From: Octopus bimaculoides
Lineage: Eukaryota
Reading direction: 5' to 3'
Assembly (NCBI RefSeq): GCF_001194135.2
Contig: NC_068996.1
Coordinates: forward strand, 32,162,466 to 32,210,485
DNA length: 48,020 bases
A model generated the notes under the pieces. That model was not told where the DNA came from. It ran no database searches and worked only from the letters and a program-made list of their open reading frames with translations. Positions 39,798 to 48,020 of this stretch are shown piece by piece. A program made the position numbers and the translations under genes. Each line of letters opens with the position of its first letter. The first letter of the stretch is position 1.

Positions 39798-40439
39798 GTT
39801 AATCCTCTCGCTTTTACTCTATTATCACTTTTACTTTAATCCTTCTTACTGCCTCACTATTACGCTAACTTTCTTTCTCTCTCAGAAGGCACAACTTAAC
39901 ATGAACACAGCTGCAACAAGGACATAGCAAAGCAATGAAAATATGTAGAAAAAAATCATGTAAATCTGAAGCAGATAAGCCACTTTACATGTTCATTGAC
40001 ACCCATAAGCAATAGTCAATGTGTGTAAACATATCTATGTATATGCGTGCTTATACATGTGTGTATGAACGTGTATACATATATGCGCGCGCGTGTGTGT
40101 ATAAACATATATGATATATATGTGTGTACATATGTATAATGTTCGTTGGGCTCTTAGGGATATCTTTTTAACTATTACTTCCTTGTATCACAAGAAATTC
40201 TTTTTGTTTCAGTATTGATAACATTACTGATAATCATCAAAATATTTGAGAAAGACCGACTGCTTCGGCAGCCATTTAAATCCCAGGTGGTATCATAGCA
40301 TACCTGAAAAATAATGGTTTATCATAAGAAATACTTTCTCTGGTTATTGTCATTTTACTTAAGTTTGTTTCTTTTCGTAAATATATATTTTTTAGAAGGA
40401 GAGGCATTATAGCTGTTGTTGACATTTGATTTAGCATCA

Positions 40440-40522
40440 TTGTTGTTGCTGTTGTTGTTATTATTATCATTATTATTATTACCATTATTATAATTACCAT
40501 CATCATCAATAGTAGCAGCAGC

Positions 40523-40603
<81 letters not shown>
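40440..40603. repeat. (TTG)/(TTA)/(CAT)/(TAG)n compound array
   Basis: Direct reading. Confidence 0.95.
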
Positions 40604-40604
<1 letters not shown>

Positions 40605-42148
40605 ATTATGGTCTTTTGCCAAAATTTGAAGCTATTATAATGGTTTTGTTTTTATTGTTTTCTATCGTTATTTGCTACTTGAAAGAGAAGAAAAATGGAG
40701 AGATGTACAACGCATCAGTTAACTTTGCCGAACAGTGGTTGATGGCGGCGCGAGAATAGACTTTTTTAAAAGGAAATACTATAAATATATGAGTGTAAAA
40801 TGAGAACAAAATTTCAGATAGCAAACTTGTATTTCCTGTTCAAGGCAATAAGCATTATGTGGAGTATAATCACTGGCCTATGTGGTTGTCCCTCCACTGT
40901 GACCTAAAGTTAAGGACGTGACAATATCAATACCAGTAACCAAAAAACAAATTATAGACATTTATATTTTGCACATTTGTCCTACTATATCTTGATATGA
41001 TGAATAATGAAATTGACAAAATCTTCTAGTAGAATGTCCTACGGTATCTGTTCCTCTTCATTTTCTCTGTGGCCTTAAAATCCTTGTCCTTTTCCCCTTC
41101 AGAGTTTATAGAATAAAATACAAATCAAGTACTGGTGTCGATGATATCAATTTACTTCCACGTCTCAAAGCTACTGGTCTGTGCCTTAATTAGAGACATT
41201 TATTTCCCACATTACCGTCTTAAACACGTTGGTACATAAACTATATTTGTTAAAATATCACATTTTAAGCATATAACGCCTACGTAAAATATCGAATAGT
41301 GATGTCTAGAATGTCGTAGATATAATTAATTTGGGTTGGCTCGGGTTTAACATCATCATCGTTGAAAATAGAACTAAAAAAAAATGAAATTTCGTCATGA
41401 TAATATTCTTTATTTATCATATCTTGCTCTCACAACATTTAATTATTATAATGTGGAGGTGAAAAACATTGACCTCTCACACTTCCAGTATCTTTTCCGT
41501 AATTTAGCCAGAAAAAGGAAGAACTCTAACATCTTTCACTACTTTACTCTACAAGCTACTTTACTCTACGTATCAATTAATGAGTTAACGATCAACCCGC
41601 GGAAATAGTAACTGAATCTACCTTAAATCATATAACCCCATTTTAAATAAAGGAAGTCACATTTGGATAGTCTTGCATCGTTCACAATACCTTGAGAAGA
41701 ATAAAGATGGTCAATGTTCGAAAAAATTTGGTCGTAGGTTTACTCAGAAGTGACGTTTGGTTGAACAAGAACTACCACAACTGCTACTACAACTAAAGAA
41801 TATCCTAGCGATAGATTTACAGATCTTATAGTCTGGAAATTAAAAGATCTTGCAAAATAGTTCAGGTACATGACATCTATTAAACAGAAATGTATGGTTA
41901 AGGCTGCATTGCGATTAATCATAGATTTACTTAATTTTGATATGTTCACTAAAAAAAAAACAATAAGAAAAATATTAGCAGCATAGAATTTAAAGAAAAT
42001 TAACTTGCTATGAGCGGTTGTTGTAAAAGTCACTCAAAATGGCTATTTTATTGTCGTGTCGATGTACATATGCGTGAGTATTTGTGTATCACATAAATAG
42101 ATGGGTGTATATAAAATCCATGCATTGTGTATATGTATGGGGATGTGC

Positions 42149-42212
<64 letters not shown>

Positions 42213-42500
42213 TGCGAGAAAAAATATGGGTGTGTATATATAATACGTGCTCATGAATAAAAAGGTGCTAATATCTATCATAAACCTTATTAATATTTCC
42301 AATTCATTTGTGATTGGGTTTGGCTTTGATTTTCACCGATATGGGGTGCTAAAATAAGGTCCCAATAATATTACTTATTTTCCGGGTATCTTTTCAACAG
42401 GGTTCATTATTATACATCATTACTGTGTATATGTATGGGGATGTGCATATATTAATGACATACGAAATTCTTAGTTTTTACATGCACATATATACATACA

Positions 42501-42556
42501 GGTGCTCAAGCATGGCCCCAGTCAAATGACTGGAACAAGTAAAAGAATAAAAGAAT
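42501..42556 (+). mobile_element. SINE family A tail fragment
   Basis: ggtgctcaagcatggccccagtcaaatgactggaacaagtaaaagaataaaaga. Confidence 0.8.
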
Positions 42557-42606
42557 ATGAATATATATATATATATATGTATATATATGTATATAAATTC
42601 TATAAA

Positions 42607-42818
42607 TATAAGCATAATTATGATTAAGGTTCAGCAAATTGCTTCACCACATACCGAATTTAGAAATAGCAGTTAAATACTATTCCATTATAATACTCAA
42701 ATAAGAGTATTGCTGTCTGGGAGATATCTTATTGTAGAGGAATAGTATTTAACTGCTATTTCTAAATTCGGTATGAGGTGAAGCAATTTGCTGAACCCTA
42801 ATTATAATTATGCTTATA
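42607..42818. mobile_element. Foldback/MITE-like element with 80-bp arms
   Basis: 42607-42686 vs 42739-42818 match 77/80; 52-bp spacer; sits in TA-rich flanks. Confidence 0.75.
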
Positions 42819-42828
42819 ATTATATATA

Positions 42829-42992
42829 GGCGCAAGAGTGGCTGTGTGGTAAGTAGCTTGCTTACCAACCACGTTGTTCCGGGTCCAGTCCCACTGCTTG
42901 GCACCTTGGGCAAGTGTTTTCTACTATAGCCTCAGGTCGACCAAAGCTTTGTGAGTGGATTTGGTAGGCGGAAACTGAAAGTAGCCCGTCAT
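42829..42992 (+). mobile_element. tRNA-derived SINE family A head with CORE-like segment
   Basis: A-box-like TGGCTGTGTGG 42839-42849, B-box-like GGTCCAGTCCC 42882-42892, then accttgggcaagtg as at the start of CORE-SINE cores; followed by (TA)n and a gap. Confidence 0.88.
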
Positions 42993-43300
42993 ATATATGT
43001 ATGTGTATATATATATATATATATNNNNNNNNNNNNNNNNNNNNNNNNNNNNNNNNNNNNNNNNNNNNNNNNNNNNNNNNNNNNNNNNNNNNNNNNNNNN
43101 NNNNNNNNNNNNNNNNNNNNNNNNNNNNNNNNNNNNNNNNNNNNNNNNNNNNNNNNNNNNNNNNNNNNNNNNNNNNNNNNNNNNNNNNNNNNNNNNNNNN
43201 NNNNNTAAATAGAGGAATTTATCTGTAAAAATATGTGACACTTTTTCGGTAGCCATGATAAAACTCTGAGTTTCGGATATCGGGGTATATATATAAGGGG

Positions 43301-43635
43301 ACAATTCACAAAAAAAAACAACAGACGAAGACAGCTAGTGTTGAAAACAAATAGATGTATTAGTATAACACTCGAGATTTGAGAAAGTCTTTAACGTTTC
43401 GAGCCTACGCACTTCTACAGAAAGGAACACGGAAAGAAACAAGGAGAGAAACAAAGATAGAAAAAGTGTGTGTAGTGGTCAGCGATCTATCATGGTGAAC
43501 GCCGGACAGAAGGGTCACACAGGAGAGTTAAGAAGAAGGGGAGATAACAAAGTAGTAGTGATCCCATAACGAAGGTGCGTGTGTGTGAGAGAATGCTGGT
43601 GATCTTAACGTATGCGTTTATGTATGTAGGTGTGA
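43301..43635 (-). mobile_element. Non-coding segment carrying a variant hammerhead-like motif (possible PLE-derived terminus)
   Basis: Contains the motif at 43387-43424; no ORF. Repeat status is inferred because only one copy is in the window. Confidence 0.4.
43387..43424 (-). ncRNA. Minimal hammerhead-like motif with variant core
   Basis: Minus strand CTTT-CTGTAGA-A-GTGC-GTAG-GCTC-GAAAC-GT-T-AAAG: 4-bp stem I, palindromic ACGT stem III, one mismatch in stem II, A6U core change. Confidence 0.45.
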
Positions 43636-43639
43636 AGGT

Positions 43640-43942
43640 GTGAAAATATGTTTTGTTCATGGCAGCATCCTTGTAAGCTGTTAGAAGCATGACAACTGTT
43701 TCAGCCGCCTTTTCCCCGCAGCAGAAAACAGAATTTCACAGAAGCACGCTGTTACTTCATTTCCGCCATCGCAAAAATCGACGAACAGACACATTACATG
43801 TCAGTAGGACTACACATTACGACGCCAATCGGCAGAGTGATACCTTAGGGTTGCATCAAGTGGCTTCTAGCATCGGAAGCCTGGACTACAACGGGTTTGT
43901 CCCACAGAGAACTTTCCGACTATTTTTGTGTACCCCCACGTA
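43640..43942 (-). mobile_element. Mariner 5' end with left TIR and transposase N-terminus
   Basis: TA|CGTGGGGGTACACAAAAATAGTCGGAA terminus at 43942-43914; MAEMK*QRASVKFCFLL..AAETVVMLLTAYKDAAMNKT. Confidence 0.8.
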
Positions 43943-43987
43943 TATGGGCGCGCGCGCGCATATGTGTGTGTGTGTGTGTGTGTGTGT

Positions 43988-44190
43988 GCCTGTGTTTGTC
44001 CCCGCCCAGCTTATGTTGGAGTGTTTCCGCCCCTTGTACCTTAGCGGTTCGGTAATAGAGAATGATAGATTTAGTACTAAGCATAAAGATAAATAAGAAC
44101 TTGTATAGATTCGTTAGACTAACATCCCTCAAAGCTTTGCTCCACCATGTCCGTAGTCTAATGGCTGAAAAAAGCTAAAAGTTAAAAGTT
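43988..44190 (+). mobile_element. Degenerate SINE family A 3' half
   Basis: tgtgtttgtcccc...ccttagcggttcgg...tagtactaagc...gctccaccatgtccgtagtctaatggctgaaa. Confidence 0.75.
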
Positions 44191-45645
44191 ATATAAGAAA
44201 TGAAATAAAAGATAAGGGGAACAAGAAGTTATGTCACGAAATTCATTAGCTGTTTTTGCTATTAGATGCAATGCATTCATAGCTGAGTGCACGTGTATCA
44301 CCCTATAGCATCCTCAGGCATTCAGCTATGGGTACATTTCATTTTATAGCGGAAACAGCAGTAAGGTAATGAAGATCATTACAGAATGTATTGTTCCCCG
44401 TGTTCTAACACCAGCTTACTATTATCGCTATGCCCAAGAGAAATTCCAGTTATTTACTGTGGCCTGGTGTTTATGTACAGATCGTTATCATTACATCTAC
44501 CGTTTATATCTTTGAAGATGCTTTTCTATATCACCGTAATTTCTTTCCTCTCTACCTACAAGTCAGTATATTTTAGCTTCTTTCTATTGATGAAAATATA
44601 TGAAAAGCAAAACTATTTCTCTTCGTTTAACAACAAAACTATTTCTGTTCTAATAATTTTGCTAGCTACGCAGACGTTTTTGTTGCTACATTTCCTTTAC
44701 TATTTGTAATAAGTATGTTTTTTTATTACATTTTATCCTTTATGTTGATGGTACTTCAAAATATTTGAGACTTCCTAAAGCGACACTTAATAAAATGTGA
44801 TGCTATTGTGTAGGAAAAAAAATTCATTATTTCATTGAAAGTTTTCTCCTCTCATTGATAGTTACTTATGTCTACTACTACTCTGGTGACTGCGCATGTC
44901 AATGCACGCATGTGTTTTCAATTTATGATATTGTGGTTTTTATTGTATTATTTTGTTATTTTCCTTAGAATATGCACACAATCTGACGAATACTATACCT
45001 TATAGTTCATCTAAAGAGCCAACATCAGTGGGTTTCTTCTTTCACAGATATGCACGATGATTCTAAATTCTATATTTTCAGTATCTTTTATCAGACAACC
45101 GTATTATAAATGTTTTACAATAGTCTTCACATTCCAAACGAACAACAAATAATTCTTATGTGCTTCAACTTTATTTTCAACCATATATTAATAATGTATT
45201 TGAGAGAATCGTTGCATCAGTATCTACAACTACTACTAGTTATACAGAAACTGGATTTTTATTAATATTTAACTGCCTGCTTTGTATCCTGTGGTGATAC
45301 TAGCTGATTTAGTCATATATTTGATGTCAATGGCTATATGCATAGCCTACCGTATGAACTGCCACAATGTGAAGGCAATTTTGTGATGAAACCATTTCAT
45401 TTGACACACATTGGTAAAGTATACCAAAGTGGGAACTTCTATAATTAACAATATGCATAATAATGTAGGCTGTAAATTGTATTTTCCTTGCTTAGTCACA
45501 TTTCCCTTTTAAATATGAACTTTTCGACGCCCGAGCAACTTAACCCACCTTTGGTACAATCGAGTTTTTGCATAGACGCAAAGATACACACGCGCACACA
45601 CACACACTTACATATATGTGTGTGTGTGTGTGTGTGTGTGTATAC

Positions 45646-45702
<57 letters not shown>

Positions 45703-45705
<3 letters not shown>

Positions 45706-45857
45706 GATGAGCTTCCTTCAATTTCCTACTACCAAACTCGTTCTCAAGGTTTTGGTCGGCCCGAAGCTCTAACAGAAGACACTTGGCAAAGGTGTCTCAC
45801 AGTGAGACTGAACGCGGAACCATGTGGTTGGGACGCAAACTTCTTATCATGCAGCCT
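45703..45857 (-). mobile_element. SINE family A head, adjoining (TA)n/(TG)n
   Basis: Reverse complement of the 42829-42992 head. Confidence 0.8.
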
Positions 45858-46589
45858 CGCAATAAAGTAAGAATATAGATTGTGATACCACATATTTAAT
45901 GATACATCGAAATTTTTATTATGTTGTATTATTAAATTCATGAGCCACGCAATTTTTACACTACTTTTTTCCAATCTCACATAAAAACTCAGTATAGTTT
46001 TGGCATTATTACTCTCTCTCTCCTTTTCTATTTCTCTCTCTATCAGTCTTTCTCTCTGCGTATCTGAGTGCGCGCGCGCGCGTGTGTGTGAACGATGTCA
46101 TCTCACATGTCGTAATTTGGCATAATGAAAATATATGTATACGCGATCTTCTTATACCATATTTTGGCCAAATTTTACAAAGGCTTTTTGTTCAAAATTT
46201 GTAATTGTTTCAACCATTTCGCTTTCACTGGTTCAACTAATGAAATGTTTCGGGCAATTAAACTGCCGAGTTTCAAAATAATCGATTTCCTTTTTGTTTT
46301 GGTAGAATACTGCTATAACACGTGAATTAAATGCGGTTCGGTGTACCCATTCAGTTACTCAACCGTTTCGTATTACATTTAAGCATCTATACATCGACAG
46401 AGAAATACGGACGACTATGTATTCTTTGTTTCCTTATTCCTTCCTTCTTGTACTATCGTGTTCAATTTATTCTCTAAAAAATGTATATTTCTACTCATCC
46501 AATTAGCATTCCATTTGTCTGTCTGACTACTCTAACAACCAAGTATATTTATTTGACTGTTGTCTTTTCTATCTGCTAGTCATCTACTC

Positions 46590-46700
46590 ATTGATCCATC
46601 CATCAATCCATCGATTCATCCATCCATCCATTCATCCATCCACCCATCCATCCATCCAACCATTATTCATCCATTCATTCACCCCTTGGTTAAGCCATTC
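46590..46700. repeat. Imperfect (ATCC)n
   Basis: Direct reading. Confidence 0.9.
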
Positions 46701-46839
46701 ATCCATTTATCAATTGCACCCAACCATCTAGCCAGCCAGTCATCAATCCGTTTCCATAAATATCACCTTCCTTGAGTCATGCATTATTAGTTCATTCTTA
46801 TTGAAAATTGCACACATATTATCAATGACTTTTTTGACT

Positions 46840-47030
46840 GGGGACTGAAAGAATGAAATATAGCATTCCATTTTGTACTATAATCGATGCAGATACAGTT
46901 ACGATCTGAATTAATACCATCCAGATTATTTGAAGATAGTTGCAAAGCCTCCAGAAATTGCGCCTTACGTGTGCGTCGGAGATTGTTTCCTATTATCAAC
47001 AACATAGGATGCAAATTACCTGAAGTCACT
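46840..47030 (-). mobile_element. Possible PLE GIY-YIG C-terminal remnant
   Basis: LIIGNNLRRTRKAQFLEALQL..INSDRNC..WNAIF loosely fits the R..(F/L)EA..I...N.D pattern. Weak. Confidence 0.3.
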
Positions 47031-47972
47031 GAGTTAACTTGAATAGTTCCAAGTGGTCATTGTTAGGAATGATTCTGAAAATTCTCAAAATTCACACTAC
47101 CATCTTAGAAAAGCGAGGATATTAAGAATAATGCGATCCTAGATAGTTCTGCAAATAGAATGGGATTCATCATGGTGTTTTAATAACAATATAACATACA
47201 AAATTAATATATCGTACGAATGTCATCCAGTAATTTAAAAGCAGGCTCACACCACATTCGCTACACAGTCGCTACTTTATACTAAAATACACAACACAAC
47301 GGATACAGTATCTACGAAGCACAAAATTCCAACCGACAAAGATTTTTTTCTCCCTCTGTTGCGTCCCTTCATTCATTTTATACTGTTTATATCTCTACCA
47401 CTTTTTACTCACGTGATTTCGCTTGTATGGTTTCTAATATTATTTGTCTGTGTCTGCCTCATAACCTATTCGTATTTGAGTGATTTTATAACACCATATA
47501 TATATATATGTATATATATAAAGTATAGGGGTTTAGTTCACAGGTGAACTAAACGATTAAGTACGCTAGGTAAGTGGGGTAACGGATTACTAGGGCTCAA
47601 AGGTTATAGCCGAGACGATAGCTATGGAGCCATTCCAGATTCCCGATGCAGCGGACATATAACTGTTAAAAGGACAACAGACATCAAGGCAGAGCAAACA
47701 TTTCAAGTCGTATACAATATTAGTATTGGGAAAGTCTTACAGCTGGTTCTGGGATATCCCCGAATATGGGATATTCCGTCATCAGAGACAAATAGGGAAA
47801 AATAGGGAAAATTAGAATGGTATATATCAATAAGATGATATCATAGAGGAAGATTGTAAAAGAATAAGGAGATGGAAAGAAAGAAGAAAAAAGAAGCATA
47901 AAAGTTGCTAGTTCAACTTCCCGATGTTGTAGAAACAAGAACATAAGTCCTTAGGTGTAATCCTGCGTAGGT

Positions 47973-48020
<48 letters not shown>

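Noticed and set aside
42772-42800. gaggtga-agcaa-t-ttgct-gaac within the foldback arm as an HHR
   Set aside because: Both core halves deviate at several positions; no stems I or III.
44360-45415. Several 45-60 aa open stretches suggesting a gene or pseudogene
   Set aside because: Frames do not link by credible splice sites and no domain is recognised.
47745-47790. Minus-strand CTGATGA with a GAATAT/ATATTC stem and GGGATATCCC palindrome
   Set aside because: GAAA is replaced by GGGA and stem I is only 3 bp.

Overview
Eukaryotic, AT-rich, microsatellite-saturated and apparently non-genic DNA from a fragmented assembly (18 N-gaps, about 6.5 kb in total, most bordered by simple repeats). The SINE sequences and repeat landscape resemble an octopus/coleoid cephalopod genome; this is my inference, with no database search. 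No host protein-coding gene can be supported. Most long ORFs in the track are microsatellite or N artefacts, and the few real ones are broken transposon frames. Recognisable content: three or four Penelope-like element (PLE) remnants, an R4/Dong-like RLE LINE joined to a (TAA)n array, two CR1-type LINE 3' fragments, two mariner fragments, two tRNA-derived SINE families in many pieces, an ORF-less ~550 bp element flanked by (AAT)n (two copies), and four long inverted repeats. The most interesting signal is a set of type I hammerhead ribozyme (HHR) folds read directly from the sequence. One has a canonical core (3256-3357). One pair points divergently in the arms of a 103-bp inverted repeat (29097-29672). 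One has a variant core (43387-43424), and there are weaker partial motifs. The two best HHRs both follow a plus-strand PLE remnant and both are preceded by an inverted duplicate of their own sequence. Ribozyme activity is untested.
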